A stretch of 64,000 bases of DNA, from contig CP064968.1 of the NCBI GenBank assembly GCA_016699245.1, positions 379,331 to 443,330 on the forward strand, given 5' to 3'. Shown piece by piece: positions 37,487 to 46,736 of the stretch (its first letter is position 1; the number at the start of each line of letters is the position of its first letter). A program made the translations under genes and the position numbers. The stretch comes from Candidatus Kaiserbacteria bacterium (GTDB lineage Bacteria; Patescibacteriota; Minisyncoccia; Phycocordibacterales; UBA918). Under the pieces are notes generated by a model, which was not told the origin of the DNA, searched no databases, and saw only the letters and a list, made by a program, of their open reading frames with translations.

Positions 37487-38749
37487 CTATTGTAGTACAT
37501 CCGCACCAAAATACGGAGCAAGTACGGGTGGGATGGTTACCGTACCATCTTCTCGTTGAAAGTTTTCAATGAGTGACACGAGAATGCGGGGTGTGGGAAT
37601 AGCAGTACAATTGAGTGAATGTGCGTACCGCATCTTTCCTTCTTCATCACGATAGCGGATATTAAAACGACGTGTCTGGAAGTCATGGAAGTACGAAGCA
37701 GAACTAATTTCGCGGTACGTCTCTTCCCCAGGGACCCAGAGTTCAATGTCGTACTTCTTTACCTGCCCCTGTCCCAAGTCACCCCCACAATTCACCACGG
37801 TGCGATACGGAATCCCTAATGACTCAATAAATTGTTCTGTGTTTTCATTGAGCCACTCATGCCATTTCACTGACTCTGCATGGTTTGCCTCACAGATAAT
37901 CACTTGCTCGAGTTTGAAAAATTCATGTACGCGAATGAGTCCCTTGGTATCTTTCCCATGACTCCCCGCCTCGCGACGGAAACAGGGTGAGAACGAAAGC
38001 CACTTAATAGGAAGCTCCGAGCGCTCAAGTACATCATCAGCGTAATAGCCCATCGTAGAGACTTCTGCAGTACCAATGAGATAATCTTCATCCTGCGTCT
38101 TATAGACATCCTCCGCATCATTCGGGAGATGGCCGGTACCGTAGAGATTACTCTTCCGCACAATCGCAGGCACAATGAGTGGGTCGAAGCCTCGCTTCAA
38201 GAAAAAGTCCTGTGCGTAATTCCAAATCGCCCATGAAAGACGTGCACCACCCTTTTGGAGATAGTACCCACGGAATCCATGCACTTTGGTGCCACGCTCA
38301 AAATCCACAATCTTGAGCGCGGTCATGATGTCGACATGACTCTTTGGCGCGAAAGGAAATATGGTTTTTTCTCCCCATGTTTTGATTTCCCTGTTTTCTG
38401 AATCATCTTTTCCATCGGGGACCGACATATCGGGAATGTTGGGGACCTGGAGCATCAGTTCCTGCCACTTCTGCATTACTCCGCGCAACTCCTCTTCTTC
38501 TTTCTGAATATCATCTTTGAGAATTTTCATCTCGGCGATACGTACCGAACGCACTGCTTCATCAGTGATGGTAGCCACCTCGCGTGAGACATTGTTTTGC
38601 TCAGCCTTTTTAGCCTCCATGGAGACAAGGAGTTGCTTGCGCTTGTCGTCAAGGGCAACAAGTCCATCAAGGTCTACGGACATACGCTTCTTTTCCACAG
38701 CCATTTTTATAAGGTCGAGGTTCTCCCTAATGAATTTAATATCTAACAT
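37487..38749 (-). CDS. serS: serine--tRNA ligase
   Basis: N-terminal coiled-coil arm MLDIKFIRENLD... and class II core motifs (FRREAGSHGKDTKGLIRVHEF). Confidence 0.95.
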   Translation of the reverse strand: MLDIKFIRENLDLIKMAVEKKRMSVDLDGLVALDDKRKQLLVSMEAKKAEQNNVSREVATITDEAVRSVRIAEMKILKDDIQKEEEELRGVMQKWQELMLQVPNIPDMSVPDGKDDSENREIKTWGEKTIFPFAPKSHVDIMTALKIVDFERGTKVHGFRGYYLQKGGARLSWAIWNYAQDFFLKRGFDPLIVPAIVRKSNLYGTGHLPNDAEDVYKTQDEDYLIGTAEVSTMGYYADDVLERSELPIKWLSFSPCFRREAGSHGKDTKGLIRVHEFFKLEQVIICEANHAESVKWHEWLNENTEQFIESLGIPYRTVVNCGGDLGQGQVKKYDIELWVPGEETYREISSASYFHDFQTRRFNIRYRDEEGKMRYAHSLNCTAIPTPRILVSLIENFQREDGTVTIPPVLAPYFGADVLQ

Positions 38750-38827
38750 ATAGTACGAATTAACCTGTGGATTATACCGTATTTAAAGAGACATGCGAAT
38801 ATACAGGGTGGTACACTCTATATACAT

Positions 38828-39685
38828 ATGGATTTTCCTATTCGAACGGTATCTGTAGAGATAGAACTTCGTCGGCTCATTGAAATCCCTGAGCCTCCTG
38901 TGGAAGTGACAGTACGTGGGGAGTTGCCACCACATAACATGAAGTGCTTTGCAGTAGTTGGCTCACGCGACTACACAAACTATGGGAAACAAGTGGTGGA
39001 GTATCTCATCGGTGGGCTTCGCGGATACCCCGTGTCGATTATCTCGGGACTTGCGCTTGGCATCGACGCGCTTGCTCACAAAGCCGCCATGAGTAATAAT
39101 CTCTACACTCTCGCCGTTCCCGGCTCGGGTATTGCCGACTCGGTCATGTATCCGCGTACCAACAGAGGTCTTGCTCGTGAAATACTCACCCATGGTGGTG
39201 GTCTACTCAGTGAATTCGAACCCACCTTTATGGCTACCCCGTGGTCATTCCCGAAGCGCAATCGCATTATGGTAGGACTTTCACACGCAGTACTTCTCAT
39301 TGAGGCCGGAGAGAAATCGGGAACACTTATCACCGCCCGCCTCACTGCCGACTACAACCGTGACCTCCTTGCAGTACCCGGAAATATTTTTTCCGAAAAC
39401 AGCAAGGGCGTCCATCAATTTCTCAAACTCGGCGCAACACCCGTCACGTCACCTGAAGACATTTTAATAGCACTCAACATCGAAGAGAAATCGAGCGTAC
39501 CCGCCTCACTCACACTCTTCACTGAAGAAGAACTTTCTGTCCTCACTCTTCTCACTGAACCCAAGGACCAAGATGCACTTATTCGTACACTCCCCTACCC
39601 CCACGAACAAACCCTCACCCTCCTCATGAAAATGGAACTGAGTGGCTACATCACTGAGCAAAACGGAGTATTTTATAAAATCTAG
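38828..39685 (+). CDS. dprA: DNA processing protein DprA (SMF family)
   Basis: Rossmann-like core GLALGIDALAHKAA...LAVPGSGI...SGTLITARLTADYNRDLLAVPG. Confidence 0.85.
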   Translation: MDFPIRTVSVEIELRRLIEIPEPPVEVTVRGELPPHNMKCFAVVGSRDYTNYGKQVVEYLIGGLRGYPVSIISGLALGIDALAHKAAMSNNLYTLAVPGSGIADSVMYPRTNRGLAREILTHGGGLLSEFEPTFMATPWSFPKRNRIMVGLSHAVLLIEAGEKSGTLITARLTADYNRDLLAVPGNIFSENSKGVHQFLKLGATPVTSPEDILIALNIEEKSSVPASLTLFTEEELSVLTLLTEPKDQDALIRTLPYPHEQTLTLLMKMELSGYITEQNGVFYKI

Positions 39686-39747
39686 TGCTTGCATTGCAAT
39701 CTACTTCTAGTGGAGTAGACTTATGACTGCTGAAACTGTATGTTCAT

Positions 39748-40041
39748 TTGGAAAAGGAGAGAGAAGTGAAGGTGACTGAGATTAAAACGGATGGTGAAAA
39801 TTTCTTGTTGCGTGTCCGACGTGGACCACGCACCCATATCCCACACGAACCAGAGGCTGTAGAAGTTTTATGTGCAAATTCAATATCTGAAATAATCACG
39901 AAACTTAAAATATCAGCAAAAGTAACGGTAAATGGATTTCAAGGTATACACATTCAGATTGAAACGACTGACCGTCCCTCATTGAAAAAAATCCGAAAAC
40001 TCGAAGCGGAAATCAATGAATTACCACCAGTCATACTCTGA
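39748..40041 (+). CDS. hypothetical protein
   Basis: 97 aa ORF followed by terminator at 40099-40126. Confidence 0.4.
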   Translation: MEKEREVKVTEIKTDGENFLLRVRRGPRTHIPHEPEAVEVLCANSISEIITKLKISAKVTVNGFQGIHIQIETTDRPSLKKIRKLEAEINELPPVIL

Positions 40042-40098
40042 ACTGGTGAACAAAAACGAAATTCGCGAGGAATAAAAATTCACGTTGGATTAAGTAGC

Positions 40099-40126
40099 TT
40101 GGTCAATCGACCAGGCTTTTTTATTA
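40099..40126 (+). terminator. rho-independent terminator
   Basis: gcttggtcaatcgaccaggctttttt (8 bp stem with one G-U). Confidence 0.65.
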
Positions 40127-40135
40127 TGAAAAATA

Positions 40136-40165
40136 GAAAAAGGCAGACCGGGGTCTGCCTTTTGG
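40136..40165 (-). terminator. terminator for the minus-strand structured RNA
   Basis: On minus strand aaaaggcagaccccggtctgccttttt. Confidence 0.6.
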
Positions 40166-40185
40166 ATTGATTTTCGTGGTGAGGA

Positions 40186-40508
40186 ACCTCCTTCCTAAAG
40201 AACTTGTCGCCGTTTGATGTGGGCGACGATTGGTTAGGGCTGGTGGGGCGGCGAGCGATTCTCGCCACCCCGGGGTTAGCGGGGGAGGATTCCCCCGCAG
40301 GCGCGGCCTTGCCGGAGCGGGTGTACTTCACGCGCGAGCGGCGAGAGGCCAAACAAGTTGCCCGAGAACCGCCCTTGTTGAACAAGAGGCGATTTCGGGG
40401 TGTTACGCCATTGATGCTACCGGTTAGACAATGCTAGCCGATAGTATCCCTGGCCGGCGGCCGGCCCTGGATCAATTATTGCCGTTGGCGCCGTTGTCGA
40501 AGGAAATG
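40186..40508 (-). ncRNA. rnpB: GC-rich structured RNA, candidate reduced RNase P RNA (alternatives: tmRNA or other ncRNA)
   Basis: About 62% GC in a roughly 45% GC genome and no credible ORF. Read on the minus strand it contains CACCCGCUCCGGCAAGGCC...GGGGG resembling RNase P CR-IV (ACNCCACCCGGAGCAAGGCC..AGGGG). AGGGCGGUUCUCGGGCAAC sits at the spacing of AGGGUGCGGUAAGAGCGCACC. GGCGUAACACCCCGAAAUCGCC is GGUAAC-GCC..GAAAC-like. Canonical GGAAAGUCCGGGC of P4 is not evident. Confidence 0.4.
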
Positions 40509-40859
40509 GTCATCAGGTCATCGGTTTTCAAAATATTCGCAAAAGCGGTTTTGATCCTCAAGGTGCAGCTCCTTTCGTAATCACGTCCACATGAACGTCC
40601 CAATATGGTAGCACACCTCAAAATATTGTCAATAGCACCTTTTAATCATATTTTCCGCGACTTTTGTCCTTTTACATTAAGAACGTATGTATTAATCCGC
40701 ATATTTTCCTTTGTAACTCAAAAGACACTTCAATTCCTCATATATAGAGTTTTCTGGCTATAAAGTTGCATATAATAGTATTTTTTGAAGGGTCTAGTGG
40801 GTATTGCATACAAAGTTACCATTTGACAGTATTCCCGTTCCCTAGTATGTATTGAGGTC

Positions 40860-43220
40860 ATGAGTAAAACACTTGTTATCGTAGAATCACCTGCAAAAGC
40901 GAAAACTATTGAGAAATATCTCGGTGATGGATACACCGTGCGTGCATCCGTGGGCCATGTGCGCGACCTCCCCAAAAGCAGTACTGATGCCATAGATATC
41001 GAGGGTGGCTTCGTGCCAAAATATATTCAGTCCGCAGGTAAGGAAAAAGTAATCAGTGAACTGAGGAAGGAAGCGGCGAAGGCAAACAAGGTTCTCCTCG
41101 CAACTGACCCCGACCGCGAGGGTGAAGCAATAGCGTGGCATGTGGCTGAACTTATTAAGGACCAAACCAAGAAGCCGAAGCGTGTTGTCTTTCATGAAAT
41201 TACAGAGCCAGCAGTGAAGGAGGCACTCCTCCATCCGCGCGACATTGATATGCACCTTAAAGAAGCGCAGGAAGCACGGCGTGTTCTCGACCGTCTTGTA
41301 GGGTACGACCTCTCGGGACTCATTTGGAAAAAAGTACGGTACGGACTTTCTGCGGGGCGCGTACAGTCCCCCGCTCTCCGCATCATTATGGAGCGTGAGC
41401 GTCTCATCCGTGCCTTTGTGCCTGAAGCATACTTTGTGCTTACCGCACACACAAAGACTCCAAGCAAAACTCCGCTCCCACTTACCTGTGTTATTGAACC
41501 AAAAGTAAAAGAGGAAGCAGATTCTATAGTGTCTATCGGAAGTGCGCATCCATGGGTAGTGAAAAACATCACCACCTCAGAGCAAAAGCGCGTCCCCCGC
41601 CCTCCCTTCACCACCTCTACGCTTCAGCAGGTGGCTTCAACGCGTCTTGGCTTTTCACCATCGCGCACCATGGGAGCCGCGCAGAAACTCTATGAGGCCG
41701 GCTTCATTACCTATATGCGTACCGACTCTACCAACATGAGTGATATTGCACAAAAGCAAATCATCGCGCTCGTGGCAAAAGAATTTGGAAAAGAATACGT
41801 TGCACCGCGTACGTACAAGACAAAAAGTAAGTCAGCGCAGGAAGCCCATGAGGCGGTGCGCCCAAGCAACTTTGCTAAGCGAGTTGCGGGGAGCACTGAC
41901 GACCAAAAGAAACTATACACTCTCATTTGGGAGCGTGCTGTTGCATCACAAATGAGTGACGCGCAAATAGAGCGCACGAAGGTCACGGGAAATATCACCG
42001 ACTCATCAGAAAGTATCCCAGACTTTGCTACCACAGGCTCGCGCGTACTCTTCCCCGGATGGCTCACCGTTGATACCCGTGCCCGTGGAGAAGATGTGGA
42101 GGTACCACTTCTTAAAGTTGGTGACAGTCTCACGCTCACGATACTCGAGAGTGAGGGTAAGGAGACACAGCCGCCCAGCCGATACACCGAAGCAGGACTC
42201 ATTAAAGAACTTGAAAAACGAGGTATCGGCCGCCCTTCGACGTACGCATCTATTATGAAGACGATTATTGATCGTGGGTATGTGCTAAAGGAAGGACGCA
42301 CGCTTCTCCCTACCGACACGGGTGACCTTGTCTCTTCATTTCTCGAAGAACACTTTACCGAATACATCGGTGATGATTTCACGAGTGAAATGGAAGACAA
42401 ACTCGACGAAATAGCCCTCGGCACCCGCGGCTATACCGAAACCCTCAGTGCCTTTTACAAGCCGTTCCATAAGAAAGTGCTCTCGAAAGAAGATATTGAA
42501 AAAATCACCAACCTCGGCCCAGGACCAAAAGAGTTCCCTTGCCCGCTTTGTAACAAAGAAATGGTTATCAAGCTTGGCCGTGGTGGCAAATTCCTTTCGT
42601 GCGCTACCTACCCTGCCTGTGATGGCGCGCGCATGATTGATGGTTCACTTATTAAAAACGACGAGCCGTTGGGTATCAACCCTGAGACGGGAGAAGAAAT
42701 ATATCTCTTGAATGGACGCTTTGGCCCTTACGTACAAGTTGGCAAAACTCCTGAGAAGGTTAAGGGCAAGAAGGCCATTGCTCCGAAGCGCGCAAGTCTT
42801 CCAAAAGGAAAAGCACTTGCAGAGGTCACTCTTGCTGACGCTCTCCACTACCTTATACTTCCCCGTACATTGGGTACCCACCCCGACACAGAAGAACCTA
42901 TTATCGCAAACACAGGGCGCTTCGGACCATACATCGGTCACGTTGGTGACTTCCGATCACTCAAGAATCCTGACACACCATACGAAGTCACTTTTAACCG
43001 TGCACTTGAAATTCTAAAGGAACCAAAGAAGACGCGTACGGGTGAAAAACTCCTCAAAGAAGTGGGCGTACACCCAAAAACCAAAAAAATGATTAAGGTT
43101 TTCGAATCAAAATCAGGCCGCTATCTCACCCGAGGATTCGCGCGTATCTGGCTCCCCGACAACACCAATATAGATACCTTCAGTCTAGACGACGCTATAG
43201 CACTTCTCGCTAAAAAATAG
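40860..43220 (+). CDS. topA: DNA topoisomerase I
   Basis: TOPRIM MSKTLVIVESPAKAKTIEKYLG, active-site Tyr region GFITYMRTDS, C-terminal zinc ribbons CPLCNKEM...C..C; candidate sigma70 promoter ttgaca-17-tatgta at 40815-40843. Confidence 0.95.
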   Translation: MSKTLVIVESPAKAKTIEKYLGDGYTVRASVGHVRDLPKSSTDAIDIEGGFVPKYIQSAGKEKVISELRKEAAKANKVLLATDPDREGEAIAWHVAELIKDQTKKPKRVVFHEITEPAVKEALLHPRDIDMHLKEAQEARRVLDRLVGYDLSGLIWKKVRYGLSAGRVQSPALRIIMERERLIRAFVPEAYFVLTAHTKTPSKTPLPLTCVIEPKVKEEADSIVSIGSAHPWVVKNITTSEQKRVPRPPFTTSTLQQVASTRLGFSPSRTMGAAQKLYEAGFITYMRTDSTNMSDIAQKQIIALVAKEFGKEYVAPRTYKTKSKSAQEAHEAVRPSNFAKRVAGSTDDQKKLYTLIWERAVASQMSDAQIERTKVTGNITDSSESIPDFATTGSRVLFPGWLTVDTRARGEDVEVPLLKVGDSLTLTILESEGKETQPPSRYTEAGLIKELEKRGIGRPSTYASIMKTIIDRGYVLKEGRTLLPTDTGDLVSSFLEEHFTEYIGDDFTSEMEDKLDEIALGTRGYTETLSAFYKPFHKKVLSKEDIEKITNLGPGPKEFPCPLCNKEMVIKLGRGGKFLSCATYPACDGARMIDGSLIKNDEPLGINPETGEEIYLLNGRFGPYVQVGKTPEKVKGKKAIAPKRASLPKGKALAEVTLADALHYLILPRTLGTHPDTEEPIIANTGRFGPYIGHVGDFRSLKNPDTPYEVTFNRALEILKEPKKTRTGEKLLKEVGVHPKTKKMIKVFESKSGRYLTRGFARIWLPDNTNIDTFSLDDAIALLAKK

Positions 43221-43272
43221 TAGTTCCTGCTTGCTCTGTTGCTCTCCGAGGAACAGAGTGTACTATAAGAGT

Positions 43273-44847
43273 ATGGCTACTCTCATCACTGCGCAGGAAA
43301 TTATTGATGTACTTACCATTACCTCTCCCGATGATGTAGCGCTTATTCGTCGTGCATACGACTATGCTGCAAAGGCACATGAAGGGCGCACACGCTATTC
43401 GGGGGATTCGTATCTCACACACCTTGCTTCGGTAGCAAAAATGCTTGCCGAAATAGGTATGGGTGCACCCACGGTTGCTGCAGGCCTTCTTCACGACAGT
43501 ATCGAGGATACAAACGTTACCCCTGAAGAACTGAAGGCCGAATTTGGCGAAGAAATCTTTTTTCTCGTGCAGGGTGTCACCAAACTTGGCTCCGTACGCT
43601 ACTACGGGAGCGACCGTCACAATGAAAGTCTTCGCAAACTTTTTGTTGCCACGAGTCAAGACATACGTGTCCTCATCATCAAGTTGCTCGACCGTCTCCA
43701 CAACATGCAGACCTTGCAGTATGTACCGCAAGAAAAGCAATTGCGTATTGCACGTGAGACTTTGGAAATTTATGTTCCCGTCACTCACCGCCTCGGTATG
43801 GGACGCATTCGTAAAGAACTCGAGGACCTCGCGTTTCCCTATGTATATCCCGAAGAACACAAGCGTGTCCTTGACGTTACCAAACACATCGCAAAGAGCA
43901 GTGAAGTCGATTTAGAACGTGCGCGCAAAGCACTCCAGAAGCGTCTCGCCGAAAGTGGCATACGTGATTTTCATACATCATTTCGTTCAAAAGGTCTCTA
44001 TAGCCTTTTCCAAAAATTAAAGCGTCGTGAATGGGATATGGACCGTGTATACGACTATCTTGCTATTCGTGTGGTGGTCCCCACTATTGAAGAGTGTTAT
44101 CAGGTTCTGGGTATTGTCCATGAAGTCTGGCGTCCGCTTCCACAGCGCGTAAAGGATTATATTGCGTTCCCGAAGCCAAATGGTTATAAGTCACTTCACA
44201 CCACTGTCATCACCCCCAACCGCACTATTGTCGAAGTGCAAATTCGCACCGAAGCAATGCATCGTGAAGCAGAATACGGTATCGCCTCACACATCATTTA
44301 CAAAAATCGCCAATTGGGGCAAAAGGAGTCTGGTGGTACCGCTGCATGGTTTGCATCACTTGTTCCCGCTCTCTTTAAGCCATTTATATGGAAAAGTAAG
44401 GCGGCGCCTGATGCACAAAAAGAAGTATTGACTGACAAGGATCATAAACTCAAGATCCCAAGGTGGATTCAGGAAATTGCCGACACTCACAAGACAAGCG
44501 ATAGCGAACGCGAGTTTTTTGATGGTCACCGTGATGACTTTTTCTCGTATCGAATCTTCGTCTTCACACCCGAAGGTGATGTGATTGACTTACCCGTAGG
44601 TGCGTCTCCAATAGACTTTGCGTACGCCATTCATTCCGATATTGGCGACCATGTTGCGGGAGCAAAAGTTAACAACAAATTAACCGAACTCAGTACGGAA
44701 CTTAATAATGGAGACATCGTTGAAATAATCACCGGCAAAGCAAACAAGCCCACGCGTAAGTGGCTCAATTATTCAAAAACATCGCTTGCTCGTCGCAAGA
44801 TACGCGCAGCACTTGCCGAACAAAACCCTATAGTGAAAAGTTCTTGA
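43273..44847 (+). CDS. RelA/SpoT-family (p)ppGpp synthetase/hydrolase, short form ending after the TGS domain
   Basis: HD hydrolase motif HDSIEDT, synthetase domain RVVVPTIEECY...YKSLHTTV, TGS FVFTPEGDVIDLPVGASPIDFAYAIHSDIG; no ACT/helical C-terminus. Confidence 0.85.
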   Translation: MATLITAQEIIDVLTITSPDDVALIRRAYDYAAKAHEGRTRYSGDSYLTHLASVAKMLAEIGMGAPTVAAGLLHDSIEDTNVTPEELKAEFGEEIFFLVQGVTKLGSVRYYGSDRHNESLRKLFVATSQDIRVLIIKLLDRLHNMQTLQYVPQEKQLRIARETLEIYVPVTHRLGMGRIRKELEDLAFPYVYPEEHKRVLDVTKHIAKSSEVDLERARKALQKRLAESGIRDFHTSFRSKGLYSLFQKLKRREWDMDRVYDYLAIRVVVPTIEECYQVLGIVHEVWRPLPQRVKDYIAFPKPNGYKSLHTTVITPNRTIVEVQIRTEAMHREAEYGIASHIIYKNRQLGQKESGGTAAWFASLVPALFKPFIWKSKAAPDAQKEVLTDKDHKLKIPRWIQEIADTHKTSDSEREFFDGHRDDFFSYRIFVFTPEGDVIDLPVGASPIDFAYAIHSDIGDHVAGAKVNNKLTELSTELNNGDIVEIITGKANKPTRKWLNYSKTSLARRKIRAALAEQNPIVKSS

Positions 44848-46216
44848 TTGCGTAGAGGTCGGTGTCGTCAACCACTGGTTCAGGCTGAACTGGTGTTTGC
44901 ACCACCTCAGGTTCTGCTACAGGCTCGGGTGTTGGTGTAGGAGCAATATCCGCCGTCACTATGGGTGCTGGGGCAACTACGGAAGGAGTGGGTGTATATG
45001 CTCTATACTCGGGCACTCTCGGTGTCACTTCTTCAGGTACGTGAGATGTTACTGGAGCAGGTGCATATGAAGAGTATGTTGGAGTTGGAATCGGAGTTGA
45101 TGCGACTACAGGCATATCTTGTGCTTCCGATACCTTTTCAAGTACTTCTTCCACTACACCGAAGTCGCCCTGCTCTGCCTGTAATTCTTCTGCATGGAGC
45201 ACCGCTTCGCTTGTCTCTGGAGTTTCGATTGAGTCATATCGAGTAAAGACATCCTCCTCATACGTAGGGGATGCGGGCATATCGGCACGCTCCAGAGGCT
45301 CTGCAATATGCGGAATTGTGGCTGCAAGCGGTGTCGCACTTTCAATGTGTGCAAGCATCTTCGTTGCGGTACCACCGTACACATTGGTTTCGGCTTTATG
45401 AATCACCTCGAGAAGCTTACGTAAATCATCCGATGCAAAATAGTCGATGGTGAGTTTGCCACCAAAGTCGGTCTTCTGAATCTGTACCCGCGTTCCAAAA
45501 GTCTCAGTGAACTGTTTTTCAATTTCAATAAGTTCCGGGTCTGAGTCCTGCCAGTTTTTCTTTCGTACTTTTTCAGTCGCAATCTTGCGAGAAATACGCT
45601 CTACCTCGCGCACCGAAAGTTTCTTTATAAGAATCTCACGGAAGACCACATCCTGCTCTGTGGGACGATCATTGAGCATGAGGAGTGTACGTGCGTGACC
45701 ATCAGAGATATCACCTTGACGAAGCGCACCAAGGATAGTCTCGGGAAGCATAAGGAGACGAATAGAGTTGGCAACATACTCGCGACTCCGTCCCACCTTT
45801 TTTGCCACCAGCATGTGGGAGAGACCAAACTGCTCTGAGAGTTGCTTAAAGGCGAGTGCTCGGTCTACCGCGTTTAAATCTTCACGTTGGAGGTTTTCAA
45901 TAATCGCCAACTCAAGTTTCATGAGTTGTGATTCTTCGCCAGTGCGAATAATCACCGGAACCTGTGAAAGTCCTGCAAGTTTAGAGGCACGCAAACGACG
46001 CTCTCCGGCAATGAGTTCATATTCAGTGGTAAATGCTCCATCTTCACCTATAATCTCGTGTCGTGTCACGACGAGGGGTTGCAGTACCCCGTACATACGA
46101 ATAGACTCCGACAGTTCTTGCAACTTTGCCTGATCAAATTCACGCCGTGGTTGAAACGGATTGGGGACAACTTTTTCTACCTCGATCCAAAAAATCGAAT
46201 TACTTTCGTACGCCAT
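44828..46216 (-). CDS. parB: ParB/Spo0J-like partition protein with about 170 aa low-complexity Pro/Thr/Val/Glu-rich C-terminal extension
   Basis: ParB box GERRLRASKLAG and HTH region SQEELAKKVGRSREYVANSIRLL-like (QLSEQFGLSHMLVAKKVGRSREYVANSIRLL); no parA neighbour. Confidence 0.75.
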   Translation of the reverse strand: MAYESNSIFWIEVEKVVPNPFQPRREFDQAKLQELSESIRMYGVLQPLVVTRHEIIGEDGAFTTEYELIAGERRLRASKLAGLSQVPVIIRTGEESQLMKLELAIIENLQREDLNAVDRALAFKQLSEQFGLSHMLVAKKVGRSREYVANSIRLLMLPETILGALRQGDISDGHARTLLMLNDRPTEQDVVFREILIKKLSVREVERISRKIATEKVRKKNWQDSDPELIEIEKQFTETFGTRVQIQKTDFGGKLTIDYFASDDLRKLLEVIHKAETNVYGGTATKMLAHIESATPLAATIPHIAEPLERADMPASPTYEEDVFTRYDSIETPETSEAVLHAEELQAEQGDFGVVEEVLEKVSEAQDMPVVASTPIPTPTYSSYAPAPVTSHVPEEVTPRVPEYRAYTPTPSVVAPAPIVTADIAPTPTPEPVAEPEVVQTPVQPEPVVDDTDLYAIKNFSL

Positions 46217-46295
46217 GGTGGATATTGTATCATATTGATTATTTCCATCACTGTGTATAATTTGATACACTCATTGGGCACCTATTAGGGCACAT

Positions 46296-46352
46296 GCCGG
46301 GATGGCGGAATTGGTATACGCGCACGACTCAAAATCGTGTATCGCAAGGCTG
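46296..46352 (+). other. partial tRNA-Leu-like 5' fragment (acceptor 5' strand, D-arm, anticodon arm CAA, start of variable arm) with no matching 3' half
   Basis: gccgggatggcggaattggtatacgcgcacgactcaaaatcgtgtatcgcaaggct is about 80% identical to the 5' part of the intact tRNA-Leu 230 bp downstream. Its acceptor stem differs (gccggga vs gctggag), so it is not a split/intron-containing gene. Confidence 0.6.
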
Positions 46353-46378
46353 AAATAATTTGGGAAATTATTTCAGGA

Positions 46379-46497
46379 GGTTGTAAGCAAAGCTTTCTGA
46401 CTGCTCGCGCTCGAAAATAGAAATAATTTTCTATTTTGCTCGCTTGTTTGTCAGTCGATAGTTTCGACTAAAAGGAGAAAGTATCATACAACCTGAA
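46379..46497 (+). repeat. structured element shared with the tRNA-Tyr locus (ggttgtaagcaaagctttctga...tcagtcgatagttt...tcatacaacctgaac)
   Basis: Outer stem ggttgta/tacaacc and mid stem ctgac/gtcag. Inner 10 bp hairpin differs in sequence from the 55661-55786 copy but is perfect in both (compensatory changes). Confidence 0.65.
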
Positions 46498-46582
46498 CCG
46501 CGCCTGTGAGGCGTTCAGAGAACGATAAGGCGGGAGGGTTAACACCTCTATCATAGAAAATTACAAATTTCAGAAATAGTGT

Positions 46583-46663
46583 GCTGGAGTGGTGGAATGG
46601 TATACACGTGCGACTCAAAATCGCATGCCGCAAGGCTTGAGGGTTCAAGTCCCTCCTCCAGCA
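46583..46663 (+). tRNA. tRNA-Leu (anticodon CAA)
   Basis: Acceptor gctggag/ctccagc, anticodon stem tgcga/tcgca with loop ctCAAaa, long variable arm, T-arm gagggttcaagtccctc. Confidence 0.85.
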
Positions 46664-46692
46664 CAGTGTTTCGGAAATCTCTTTATTAAAAC

Positions 46693-46720
46693 AAAAAACC
46701 CGTCGTGAAGCACGGGTTTT
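46693..46720. terminator. bidirectional rho-independent terminator
   Basis: aaaaaacccgtcgtgaagcacgggtttt. Confidence 0.7.
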
Positions 46721-46736
46721 CGTGTTGCGACGGGTT

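Noticed and set aside
40080-40437. ORFs 40080-40385(-), 40204-40437(+), 40230-40427(+) in the GC-rich segment
   Set aside because: Arg/Pro/Gly-rich translations of a 62% GC region, typical of structured RNA. There is no RBS, and all three frames overlap one another.
41192-42424. Long minus-strand ORFs 41192-41614 and 41711-42424
   Set aside because: Embedded antisense within topA; Ser/Arg-rich composition and no independent support.
46296-46663. Possibility that the tRNA-Leu 5' fragment plus downstream tRNA is one intron-containing or split tRNA gene
   Set aside because: The acceptor 5' strand of the fragment (gccggga) cannot pair with the 3' strand of the downstream tRNA (ctccagc). The downstream tRNA is complete by itself.
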